Below are positions 46,679 to 55,676 of a stretch of DNA of 64,000 nt, in pieces (within the stretch, counting starts at the first letter, position 1; every line of letters starts with the position of its first letter). The translations under genes and the position numbers were made by a program. The notes beneath the pieces are model-generated. The model was not told the origin of the DNA. It did no database searches and saw only the letters and a list, made by a program, of their open reading frames with translations. Origin of the DNA: an uncultured Eubacteriales bacterium (GTDB lineage: Bacteria; Bacillota; Clostridia; Peptostreptococcales; Anaerovoracaceae); the NCBI GenBank assembly GCA_900547295.1, contig URGK01000002.1, forward strand, positions 22,732 through 86,731. Reading direction: 5' to 3'.

Positions 46679-48103
46679 TTATCTGTCCGATATGTGACCT
46701 GCTTTTAACTTTGAGAAATAGCTCCTGGTTTCTGTCGCTACAACGCCGCTTAATGCAACCAGTGCTATCAGGTTAGGTATAGCCATAAATCCGTTGAATA
46801 TATCAGCTATTGTCCATACTGCCTCAAATGTAAGGAAAGGTCCGATGAAAACGGCCGCTATGTAGAGCCACTTGTAAGTCATAAGCACTCCCGTTTTTTT
46901 GCCGCCTATGAGATATTCAAGGCATCTTTCGGAATAGTAATCCCATCCGAGAATTGTTGTAAATGCAAAGAATGCAAGGCACAGCATCAGGAAGAAGGCT
47001 CCTGTCTGTGTATTCCAAGGAAGTCCCTCACCGAAAGCTGTCGCTGTTACTGCAGCGCCTTCAAGACCTTCAATTCCGTGTGAGTTTGTAACAAGGATTG
47101 TAAGCGCAGTCATCATACAGATGATTATTGTGTCAAGGAAAGTACCTGTCATTGTAACAAGACCCTGTCTTACAGGCTCTTTAGTCCGAGCTGCAGCTGC
47201 TGCGATAGGCGCTGAACCAAGACCTGCCTCATTTGAGAATACTCCTCTTGCAACACCCTTCTGCATTGCGATAAACATTGCACCCAGCGCTCCGCCTGCT
47301 GCGGCTCTTGCTCCGAAAGCTCCCTCAACGATTTCCTTAACTGCTGCAGGGATTTCCTGTATATTAACTATCAGTATTGCAACGCATACTACTACATAAA
47401 GCACCATCATAAACGGTACTACCACTGATGATACGCTGGCAATTCTCTTAATTCCGCCGATTACTACAAGCGCTACTGCCGCCGCTACAACTACTGCCGT
47501 AACTAGTGTTGCCCATGTATAGCCAATGCCGTTCATTGTAAATGCAATGTGAGCGCCGTTAGGATCTGCAAAGTTGTTTACTGCTGTTGAGATACCGTTT
47601 ACCTGCGTAATTGTACCTATGCCCAGAAGTCCTGCTCCCACGCCGAAAAATGCAAATATTTTAGCAAGCCATTTCCAGTTCCTGCCCATACCTCTTTCTA
47701 TGTAGTAGAACGGTCCGCCCAGAGCATGTCCCTCTTTGTCAATAACTCTGTATTTGACTGCAAGAAGTCCCTCTGCATATTTTGTAGCCATACCTATGCA
47801 GGCTGCTATAAACATCCAGAATACCGCTCCCGGTCCTCCCGCAAGCATTGCTCCCGCAACACCTACGATATTACCTGTACCTACTGTAGCCGACAGCGCC
47901 GTGCACAGCGCTCCGAAGCTTGTAACCTCGCCCACACCGTCTTTTTCGTTTTTGACCATATAGCGCAGCGCCAGTCCCAGCTTACGGAACTGCAGCACGC
48001 CAAGCCTTACGGTAAGCAGAAGACCTGTACCCATAATGAGTATAAGCATAGGCACGCCCCAAGCCAGATTATCGAGTTTTGTTAAAAAGTCCATAAATGT
48101 CAT
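46679..48103 (-). CDS. Alanine/glycine:cation symporter (AGCS family)
   Basis: 474 aa, ~11 TM, AGCS-family conserved motifs (GTGNIVGVAGA...GGPGAVFWM). Confidence 0.9.
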   Translation of the reverse strand: MTFMDFLTKLDNLAWGVPMLILIMGTGLLLTVRLGVLQFRKLGLALRYMVKNEKDGVGEVTSFGALCTALSATVGTGNIVGVAGAMLAGGPGAVFWMFIAACIGMATKYAEGLLAVKYRVIDKEGHALGGPFYYIERGMGRNWKWLAKIFAFFGVGAGLLGIGTITQVNGISTAVNNFADPNGAHIAFTMNGIGYTWATLVTAVVVAAAVALVVIGGIKRIASVSSVVVPFMMVLYVVVCVAILIVNIQEIPAAVKEIVEGAFGARAAAGGALGAMFIAMQKGVARGVFSNEAGLGSAPIAAAAARTKEPVRQGLVTMTGTFLDTIIICMMTALTILVTNSHGIEGLEGAAVTATAFGEGLPWNTQTGAFFLMLCLAFFAFTTILGWDYYSERCLEYLIGGKKTGVLMTYKWLYIAAVFIGPFLTFEAVWTIADIFNGFMAIPNLIALVALSGVVATETRSYFSKLKAGHISDR

Positions 48104-48140
48104 TTTGATTTCTCCCTCTCAAATAAAACTTAAGCAAATA

Positions 48141-48285
48141 AAAAAAGCCGATTAACTCGACTTCCAGAGAGATGCATAAGCTGACCTATGCTCTGTCCTT
48201 TGTGCCTGAGATATCACTTACAGGTTGCTTAGTCCTGTATGCTTAAACCTTCGGCGCCCTTAAAGGGTCTCTCCAGAGAATCATA
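48141..48285 (-). ncRNA. Glycine riboswitch (single aptamer + terminator expression platform)
   Basis: Minus RNA AUUCUCUGGAGAGACCCUUUAAGGGCGCCGAAGGUUUAAGC...ACAGGacuaagcaaCCUGU...AUCUCAGGCACAAAGGACAGAG is nearly identical in its conserved cores to V. cholerae aptamer (CUCUGGAGAGAACCGUUUAAUCGGUCGCCGAAGGAGCAAGC...CUCAGGCAAAAGGACAGAG). Followed by AAGUCGA-guuaa-UCGGCUU + U7 terminator, then RBS GAGGGAG and the symporter ATG. Confidence 0.8.
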
Positions 48286-48341
48286 GTTTTTTCATACCAT
48301 ATAAAAACTGTAATATACGGTTCATATAAACTAATGGAACT

Positions 48342-48370
48342 ATATTACCATATATTACAGTGATTTTCAA
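48342..48370 (-). promoter_or_regulatory. Sigma-A promoter driving glycine riboswitch/symporter (TTGAAA-17-TAATAT)
   Basis: Minus strand TTGAAAatcactgtaatatatggTAATAT ~55 nt upstream of the aptamer. Confidence 0.6.
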
Positions 48371-48409
48371 TATAAAATTTGAAATTTCTAATTTTGACAG
48401 TAATTTCTG

Positions 48410-49501
48410 CTATTTGCCTGTTGAAAGCTTATCTACGCCCTTGGCGTTCTCCACTACCATATCAATAACCTTCTGGTAAAGCATATAATATTTGATATAT
48501 TCTTCTCCGCCTACATATTCCTCATATGATGAGCCTGTGTAGTCCTCAAATTCCTTGGCTGTATATCCTATTGACTCAAGCTGTGCGGCTACGAAGTCCT
48601 TGTATTCGGAGTCAGTGACTTCAAGCCCCTCCTGTCTTGCAATGTAGTAAACTATCATCTGCTCCTTGGCATTTGTCTGAGCAGCGCTGTCAAGTTCTTC
48701 GTTGAACTCATCTTCTGTCATCTTGTATGTGCTTTCGATAACATCGGCATATTCCATACTGTTGTTCTTGGCGTAATCCTCAACATACTGCTTCTGTTTT
48801 TCCTTGTATGCCTCAAGCTCTTTTTCAGGATACTCGATTACCTCTGAGCTGTCTGTGATAACTCCCCACAGGTAAGTCTCTATCTCCTGCTTCTGTTCGT
48901 TCTCTTTGTTTTTGTAAAGTTCTTTTTTGACAGCCTTTTCGTAATCTGCAACAGTATCATACTCTGAGCTCTGCGCCACGTATTCCTTCTCTGTAGGAGT
49001 TACGTTCTCCTGGGATGAATTGATTTTAACCTCAAACACAACGTCCTTGCCTGAAAGATCCTCGTTGTTCGGATACGGATCAGGGAAAGTAAGATTAAGT
49101 GTCACTGTGTCGCCGACTTTGGCTCCCACAAGTCCGGCTTCAAATCCGTCTATCATAGTCTTGCTGCCGATTTCAAGAGTGCTGCCCTCTGCAGAGCCGT
49201 TTTCAAACTCTTTGCCGTCAATCTTGCCTGTATAGTCGATGTTTACTGTGTCACCGTCGTGCACCTTGCCGTCCTCGACGTCTTTAAGTGATTTGGCTTC
49301 GTCTAAGTCCTCCTGAATTGCATCTTTTATTTCTTTGTCCGATACTTTTATCTTGTCCGGATTTTTGTATTCAAGTCCTTTGTATTCTCCAACCTTGACA
49401 TATTTGGTAAGATCGTAATCGTAAGGCTCGCTGCCGCAGCCTGTTAATATCATTGTTGATCCTAATGCAAGGATAAGAAATAATGCTAATGCTTTTTTCA
49501 T
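48410..49501 (-). CDS. Lipoprotein FKBP-type peptidyl-prolyl cis-trans isomerase (trigger-factor-like PPIase domain)
   Basis: Lipobox LTGCGS; HDGDTVNIDYTGKIDGKEFENGSAEGSTLEIGSKTMIDGFEAGLVGAKVGDTV closely resembles the trigger-factor/FKBP PPIase domain. AGGTG RBS before ATG 49501 (listed ORF starts 49513). Confidence 0.7.
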   Translation of the reverse strand: MKKALALFLILALGSTMILTGCGSEPYDYDLTKYVKVGEYKGLEYKNPDKIKVSDKEIKDAIQEDLDEAKSLKDVEDGKVHDGDTVNIDYTGKIDGKEFENGSAEGSTLEIGSKTMIDGFEAGLVGAKVGDTVTLNLTFPDPYPNNEDLSGKDVVFEVKINSSQENVTPTEKEYVAQSSEYDTVADYEKAVKKELYKNKENEQKQEIETYLWGVITDSSEVIEYPEKELEAYKEKQKQYVEDYAKNNSMEYADVIESTYKMTEDEFNEELDSAAQTNAKEQMIVYYIARQEGLEVTDSEYKDFVAAQLESIGYTAKEFEDYTGSSYEEYVGGEEYIKYYMLYQKVIDMVVENAKGVDKLSTGK

Positions 49502-49638
49502 ATCACACCTCATAAAACAAATTTTTTAGCTTTGTCTATTCTATCATAAAACCGGCAGCTGTAATAGATATATAACCAAAATTCACGAGAAGTTCACAAA
49601 CAATGAATATAAACCCGGCAAGATAATATATTTTACAT

Positions 49639-50088
49639 ATGAAAAAGATTTTAATTACTCTGGCACCCCTGATTTTCGGGGCGCTGTCATGGCTTGTGGT
49701 TTCAGATGCCGCAGTCTCTTATCAAATGCTTGTACGGCCGCCGCTGTCTCCGACGTCATGGGTGTTTCCTGCTGTATGGACTGTTCTCTATATTATGATG
49801 GGAACAGCCTCGCTTAGAATATACAGCTCGGCTGATTCCGACAGGACAAATGCTCTTTATCTTTTTTACATACAGCTTGCGGTAAATATCATCTGGCCCT
49901 TTATATTTTTCGGGCTGTGTCAGTATCTGGTGGCTTTTCTCTGGATAATACTGCTGTGGCTGCTTGTCCTTGATACGACAGTAACCTTTGGCAGCATAGA
50001 CAGGAGAGCGGGCTTTCTGCTTATACCGTACATGTTATGGATATCCTTTGCGGCATATCTTAATCTTGCTGTATTCTTCCTGAACTGA
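49639..50088 (+). CDS. TspO/MBR family tryptophan-rich sensory protein
   Basis: 149 aa, 5 TM, Trp-rich; PPLSPTSWVFPAVWTVLYIMMG motif. Confidence 0.85.
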   Translation: MKKILITLAPLIFGALSWLVVSDAAVSYQMLVRPPLSPTSWVFPAVWTVLYIMMGTASLRIYSSADSDRTNALYLFYIQLAVNIIWPFIFFGLCQYLVAFLWIILLWLLVLDTTVTFGSIDRRAGFLLIPYMLWISFAAYLNLAVFFLN

Positions 50089-50099
50089 GACTGGGGGAT

Positions 50100-51002
50100 T
50101 TATTTAAATCTCTCAGCCATTTTTTTGCTGACCTCCTTTATTTCTCTCTGGGATTTAAGCCTTCGGATCCACCCCTCCGGTATGCCTTCAAAGCCGTAGC
50201 AAAGTCCCGCAAGACCTCCTGCGGCAGAGCAGACCACATCAGAGGCTCCTCCCAGTTTTTTGGCCATACGCACGCAGTCCTCGTAATTTTCGCTGTTTAT
50301 AAGGCACCAGATTGCAGCCTCAACAGTTCTGACAGAATTTTCACTTCCGAATATGGCCGCTTCCGGCAGAAGCCTGAATATATCCATATTATATAAATCT
50401 CTGAGTTCAAGAAGAGCGCTCCTGTAAACCGGACTTCCCGAATAGTACCTGCTGACCAGCTTTATTGCCTCGTATATGCTCTGATCCGTCGAAAATCCCC
50501 CCAGCAGCAGTCTCCCTATCGTCACATATATTGAGCAGGCCACAATACTGAAGGAGTGATTGTTAATAATCCTTACTGTATCGTGAATTATTTTCATTTC
50601 CTGATGTCCAAGCTCACATTCAAGAAAATCAATCTCACCAAGATATATGACAACGGGTATCATTCTCACCACAGAGCCGTATCCGTTGTCTTCGGTGCCT
50701 GCCCGATATTTGCAGCTTTTGCCGCCGTTTTTGTATACCTCTATCGCGGCAGCCACATCGTCACCTATATAAAAGTTCTTTTCGGGCGGTACAAATTTAA
50801 GATTTTCTGTGAAGTCCGCAAAGTTCTGCATAACTCCTCCATAGTTTTTTTCACATAAAAACCCGTCAGCCGTACAAAGACAAAGTCCTGTACTTCTGGA
50901 CCAGCTTTTTTGATCAGCGCCGTCAGGTGCTATTGCCTCGGCCTCGCCTACAGCAAGTCCGAACATTCCTCCTATTATTCGGTCTTCTATACTTTTACAC
51001 AT
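50100..51002 (-). CDS. ADP-ribosylglycohydrolase family protein
   Basis: MCKSIEDRIIGGMFGLAVGEAEAIAPDG N-terminus and Asp/Thr-rich metal-site segments of the DraG/ARH family. AGGGGG RBS before ATG 51002 (listed 51032). Confidence 0.8.
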   Translation of the reverse strand: MCKSIEDRIIGGMFGLAVGEAEAIAPDGADQKSWSRSTGLCLCTADGFLCEKNYGGVMQNFADFTENLKFVPPEKNFYIGDDVAAAIEVYKNGGKSCKYRAGTEDNGYGSVVRMIPVVIYLGEIDFLECELGHQEMKIIHDTVRIINNHSFSIVACSIYVTIGRLLLGGFSTDQSIYEAIKLVSRYYSGSPVYRSALLELRDLYNMDIFRLLPEAAIFGSENSVRTVEAAIWCLINSENYEDCVRMAKKLGGASDVVCSAAGGLAGLCYGFEGIPEGWIRRLKSQREIKEVSKKMAERFK

Positions 51003-51168
51003 TTCATTTCCCCCTTTAAATATGATCTGCACTATCCTCTAGCTATATATTAAATGCTGCCGAGGAGCAAATATATCTCTGATACAGGGAAAAAAACTTC
51101 AATTATCGTCATACGGCTCTGACGCCCGATAAAAAATTCCGGCATATGACCGGAATTTCTGTTCTGTA

Positions 51169-51687
51169 TTATTTTGTATCCACCAGTATGCCCGCCTGCT
51201 CAAGACCTTTTATGATACGCACATAGGCATCTTTGTCAGGAACTCTTATCATATGAATATGAAGACCGCCTGTCAGGTCACAAAGCTGCGTAGCATTGGT
51301 GGCTTTTGCAATACGCACAAACTCATCTGCATCATATCTTGACCTGATATTAAGGTCTGCGCTTATCTGTCCGTATATAGGGTGCTCGACTATTACATTG
51401 TCGATGCAGCCTCCGTTATCTATAATTATGTAAAACTCTTGCAGTGTATCCTCTGCGCTGTGTCTGCATACTATGCTTTCGACAATGGAGTCATCTTCGG
51501 ATTTCTCAATAACATAGCCTCTCTGGGTTGCAATTATTTTGTGTCCGTTTGCACGAAGAATAGCAATATCTGAAACAATTATCTGCCTTGTGACTCCAAA
51601 TTCAGCCGCAAGCTTTGATGCAGATATGCTGATATCGGCATCTCTCAGAATATCAAGTATTCTGCTGCGCCTTTCGGTCTGGTTCAT
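51169..51687 (-). CDS. niaR: Transcription repressor NiaR (YrxA/NadR-like; HTH + 3H domain)
   Basis: MNQTERRSRILDILRDADISISASKLAAEFGVTRQIIVSDIAILRANGHKIIATQRGYV plus C-terminal 3H domain. Confidence 0.85.
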   Translation of the reverse strand: MNQTERRSRILDILRDADISISASKLAAEFGVTRQIIVSDIAILRANGHKIIATQRGYVIEKSEDDSIVESIVCRHSAEDTLQEFYIIIDNGGCIDNVIVEHPIYGQISADLNIRSRYDADEFVRIAKATNATQLCDLTGGLHIHMIRVPDKDAYVRIIKGLEQAGILVDTK

Positions 51688-51708
51688 AGCCGCCCTCCTT
51701 TTGTATCT

Positions 51709-51722
51709 AATCTATATAGATT
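51709..51722. promoter_or_regulatory. Perfect 14-bp palindrome AATCTATATAGATT just upstream of niaR RBS (candidate operator)
   Basis: Read directly; position -22 to -35 relative to the niaR ATG. Confidence 0.3.
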
Positions 51723-51775
51723 TTACTCCATTTCCTCTTAAATCACAACAAAAACATTCAAGCTGCTTTCTATGT

Positions 51776-51816
51776 TATAAAAAATAAGCTCCGCGGGTAC
51801 AGAACTTATTTTTTAA
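51776..51816. terminator. Bidirectional terminator between aldehyde dehydrogenase and niaR
   Basis: aataagctccgcgggtacagaacttatt hairpin with A6 / T6 flanks. Confidence 0.5.
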
Positions 51817-51980
51817 TCTGATTTTTTATATTTTTTGAAGGAGGTATTTCATATCTGTCTATATATGAAACTGTGAAAAAATCTATCTCTTACAATACCT
51901 ATTATACATATCAGTATGTCATAACCCGGTCGTTTTGATGTCACTTGTGAAAAGGTTTTGTTCACATCTCCTTCACACTT

Positions 51981-53351
51981 CTAGCCCCAGAGTTCCTCAT
52001 CTGACGGCACATAGTTGTCCGGCATATATCTTGCAATTCTAGATACATTCATAAGGTGCTTGTAATCAAGGTTTTCGGATATGGAGTTATGTCCCCATGT
52101 GCCGCAGCCCAATGTGTTTGTAGGTGCCAGTCCGTTGTAGAAGCTGCCGCCTGCGCTGCTTGCGCACACCTGATTTATGACAAATCTTGATACGCAAAGC
52201 TCCTCGCCCACATGTCTGATATGCTCCTCGGAATCGGAATGGAATGAAACGCTGTGACCCTTGCCTTCCTTTTCGAGATTTTCTCTTGCTATGTTTATTC
52301 CCTCGTCTAAATCGGAATACTTGTATGCTGCAATTACAGGAGCCATTTTTTCGCCGCCCAGAGGATCTCTGTCTGCCGCCGCCTCTGCCAGCGCAACTAT
52401 GATTCTGGTATCCTCAGGGATATCAAGTCCTGCCATCTGCGCTATTTTTGCAGGCGACTGTCCTACAGAATGTCTGTTAGGCTTGCCGTCCTCAAACAGC
52501 GCTGCTCTGATACCGTCAAGCTCCTGCGGAGTTCTCGCTATATATGCACCGTTTGCCTCAAACTCTGCCATAATATCCTCAAAATCGTTTTCAGGGCAGA
52601 TTACCGACTGCTCGCCGGAGCATATGATACCGTAGTCAAAGGTTCTTCCCTGAATTATCTTAGGTACTGCTGTTTTAAAGTCATATCCCTCGTCTATAAT
52701 GCACTGCACATTACCTGCGCCTACGCCAAGAGCAGGTCTGCCGGAACTGTACGCCGCATTTACCATGCCCGCTCCGCCGGTTGCAACCACCACATCTGCC
52801 GAAGATATCAGAGTTCTGGTGTTTTCTCTTGACTGCTGATCTATAATCTGTATCAGATTCTTTGGATATCCCAGCCTTGCAAGCTCTGCATTCATCATAT
52901 CAACGGTTTTGGTACTGCATTTGATAGATTTGTGATGAGGCGTTATAACTATGGCATTGCCGCATTTGAGAGCAAACATTGCATTGCTCATAGGTGTAAC
53001 TATAGGGTTGGTGCATGGGGTTATCGCCGCAACAACTCCTACAGGCTTTGCTATTCTTGTTATGCCTGTGGTTTCATCTGTATCTAGTATGCCTCTTGAC
53101 TTCTTGCCTTTGAGGTTATTCCATATTATCTTTGATTTCTGTTTGTTTTTGGCTATCTTGTCGGGAACGTTTCCCATTCCTGTCTCTTCTACTGCTATTT
53201 CAGCCAGATACTCTGCATTGTCATACACGACCTTGGCTATTGTCTTTACGGCTAAATCCACTTCCTCCTGGCTCATTTTTTCAAATTCAGCCTGAGCCTT
53301 TCTCGCTCTTTCGATATATTCTCCTATATATGCCTTACTGTCAAATTCCAT
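51981..53351 (-). CDS. CoA-acylating aldehyde dehydrogenase (EutE/PduP-like)
   Basis: ALDH superfamily, EutE-like N-terminus (MEFDSKAYIGEYIERARKAQAEF...EETGMG), catalytic Cys region. GGAGG RBS before ATG 53351. Confidence 0.85.
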   Translation of the reverse strand: MEFDSKAYIGEYIERARKAQAEFEKMSQEEVDLAVKTIAKVVYDNAEYLAEIAVEETGMGNVPDKIAKNKQKSKIIWNNLKGKKSRGILDTDETTGITRIAKPVGVVAAITPCTNPIVTPMSNAMFALKCGNAIVITPHHKSIKCSTKTVDMMNAELARLGYPKNLIQIIDQQSRENTRTLISSADVVVATGGAGMVNAAYSSGRPALGVGAGNVQCIIDEGYDFKTAVPKIIQGRTFDYGIICSGEQSVICPENDFEDIMAEFEANGAYIARTPQELDGIRAALFEDGKPNRHSVGQSPAKIAQMAGLDIPEDTRIIVALAEAAADRDPLGGEKMAPVIAAYKYSDLDEGINIARENLEKEGKGHSVSFHSDSEEHIRHVGEELCVSRFVINQVCASSAGGSFYNGLAPTNTLGCGTWGHNSISENLDYKHLMNVSRIARYMPDNYVPSDEELWG

Positions 53352-53516
53352 TGTAATTCCTCCAAATTCAATAATCACTCTTTATATATATAATACAACA
53401 AATCCCCTCAGGTTTCTATATAAAAACAAATATAATACTGTACACACGCGCTATGTATTATTTTCCGCTGCAGGTGCAATAATAATACAAAACAAAGTCA
53501 TATCAGGAGAATACTT

Positions 53517-54923
53517 ATGAATAAATACGATTATTTTTTAAAAACTCTGCGTGAAAAGCTGCCTCTTGAGGAATGTTTTGACCTTGTGGAACACCCTGTA
53601 AATATAGGCGGCAGAAGCGCCTCTCTCTTTTTTATAGACGGGCTTGTCAGAGGCCACATAATGCAGCAGATTATGACCGACCTGCTGTCTGTAACGGAAA
53701 GTCAGATAGATAAATCACAGACCGCAGATGATTTTATTTCAAACAGCATCACACTCTTAGACTCTGTTTCCGAGGGCGATGTCAATGCTGTCATAAAGTA
53801 TCTTTATTCGGGGCTTGTGCCTCTTGTCGTAGATGGCTTTGATAAGGTCATAATAATGGATGTAAGAGAATATCCCTCAAGAGCCGTAAACGAGCCGCAA
53901 AAAGAAAAGAGCCTGCGCGGCGCAAAGGATGGATTTACAGAAACATTTATGAGCAATATAGCTCTTGTGCGGAGAAGAATTCGTGACAACCGCCTCATAG
54001 TCAGAAACTATACCATAGGCAGCGTCTCCAAAACGGATGTGTGTATCGTGTATATGAAAGGTCTTGCCGATGAAAAGATAGTTAAAAAATTCGATAAGGC
54101 CATAAGGGATATAAAGGTGGATACTCTGACGGTGGGAGAGCAGTCGCTGGTTGAGGCGATGGGCAAAAAAAGCCCTCTGAACCCGTTTCCAAAGGTAAGA
54201 TACACCCAGAGACCCGACGTGGTGTCCGCGCATATAACGGAGGGGAAAATCGCAATTATAACCGATAATACCCCTACAGTAATTCTGATACCCGTAGGAA
54301 TTTTTGATTTTGTGCAGGACGTTGACGATTACTATTTTCCTGCAATTACGGGCAGCTATTTCAGAGCTTTGAGATTAATCAATTTCCTCGTAATTCTGTT
54401 TCTGACCCCTGTATATCTGATGCTGACAGAGGAATATATAGACGCTCCTGATATTATTAAGTTTTTTATACCCGATGAGGACTATGCAATACCGATATTC
54501 TGGCAGTTCATACTGATAGAAGCCGCAATAGACGGACTCAAGCTGGCCTCACTCAACACGCCGGAGTCCCTCGGAATGTCCCTTTCGGTAATAGGTGCGC
54601 TGCTTCTGGGTGAGTTTTCCATAGAGTCGGGCTGGTTTATTCCTCAGACCATTTTCTGTATGGCAGTTGTCGCTCTTGCAGCATTTACACAGCCAAGCAT
54701 TGAGCTTTCCTTTGCGGTCAAATTTGCAAGAATACTGCTGCTTACAGGCGTATTTGTTTTCGGATATCTGGGCGGAATAATTGCGCTTCTGATTATTATA
54801 GCCGTAATCGCATTTACGAGAACACTGTCGGGAACCTCGTATCTCTATCCTCTGGTTCCGTTCAAATGGCAGGCATTAAAAAAACTGCTGTTTCGTACTA
54901 TGAAAAAAGAAAACAGCAGGTAG
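53517..54923 (+). CDS. Spore germination protein, GerA (A-subunit) family
   Basis: 468 aa; soluble N-terminal domain + 5-TM C-terminus; co-linear with GerAA/GerKA. No adjacent B or C subunit genes. Confidence 0.85.
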   Translation: MNKYDYFLKTLREKLPLEECFDLVEHPVNIGGRSASLFFIDGLVRGHIMQQIMTDLLSVTESQIDKSQTADDFISNSITLLDSVSEGDVNAVIKYLYSGLVPLVVDGFDKVIIMDVREYPSRAVNEPQKEKSLRGAKDGFTETFMSNIALVRRRIRDNRLIVRNYTIGSVSKTDVCIVYMKGLADEKIVKKFDKAIRDIKVDTLTVGEQSLVEAMGKKSPLNPFPKVRYTQRPDVVSAHITEGKIAIITDNTPTVILIPVGIFDFVQDVDDYYFPAITGSYFRALRLINFLVILFLTPVYLMLTEEYIDAPDIIKFFIPDEDYAIPIFWQFILIEAAIDGLKLASLNTPESLGMSLSVIGALLLGEFSIESGWFIPQTIFCMAVVALAAFTQPSIELSFAVKFARILLLTGVFVFGYLGGIIALLIIIAVIAFTRTLSGTSYLYPLVPFKWQALKKLLFRTMKKENSR

Positions 54924-54924
54924 G

Positions 54925-55323
54925 TTAACGATACACAGGAAGAGTCCTGTTGTACCATCTTAAATCTATTGCTTTGTAAAGAGCGGCAAGGTCACCTGCG
55001 GTAACCTCAAAACTGCATATGATATCATCATTATTGCCTGATATAATCTGCATATATATGCCTGCGCCCTCTCTGTATATGCAGGTGCGGCAGTCCTCCG
55101 ATGAAAAAACAGGCTCTCTGCTATGCCCTGTTTTATCGGTCTCTCTGACATATGGCTTCAGAGCATTCCTGAAAAGCAGCACATCGCCGCAGCTCAGTGT
55201 ATATTCTTTCCCTGATATGTCTGCCGTCAGACTGCATGGGGTATGGTAGTCAAGACATTTGATATCCGCTGCAAGATATATAATGCAGCCGTTCTTTTCC
55301 AGCACTTTTCTTGCGTATATCAT
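54925..55323 (-). CDS. Hypothetical protein (132 aa)
   Basis: ORF only; no motif recognised. Confidence 0.4.
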   Translation of the reverse strand: MIYARKVLEKNGCIIYLAADIKCLDYHTPCSLTADISGKEYTLSCGDVLLFRNALKPYVRETDKTGHSREPVFSSEDCRTCIYREGAGIYMQIISGNNDDIICSFEVTAGDLAALYKAIDLRWYNRTLPVYR

Positions 55324-55385
55324 TGGTTTATCCTTTGCATATTAACAGGGCCGGCTGCACAGACAGCCGTCCCCTAATTACAGGT

Positions 55386-55664
55386 TTATTCTTCAAAGTC
55401 AACAGGCTCGCAGTCATCAAGGTCAACGGGAACTATAACGTTCTGCGCGTCCTCCAGCCTGTCTGCCGGTACATAGATGTCTATAGGAAAAGATGTATTG
55501 GAACCCATGGCTATCTCTATGAAATTGCTGGCTCCCTGATATTTTTTGACGCACGGAATGCCCTCGCTTCTGAGCTTTGATTCCAGAATATCGGCATCAA
55601 GGCTGCTCTTCGTATGGCATAAAAACACGCCGTCTCTCCAGACTTCTTTTTCTTTTACAAACAT
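55386..55664 (-). CDS. DUF2007-like small protein (92 aa)
   Basis: Sequence loosely resembles the DUF2007 putative signal-transducing fold; acidic C-terminus. Confidence 0.45.
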   Translation of the reverse strand: MFVKEKEVWRDGVFLCHTKSSLDADILESKLRSEGIPCVKKYQGASNFIEIAMGSNTSFPIDIYVPADRLEDAQNVIVPVDLDDCEPVDFEE

Positions 55665-55676
55665 TTTATTCTCCTG

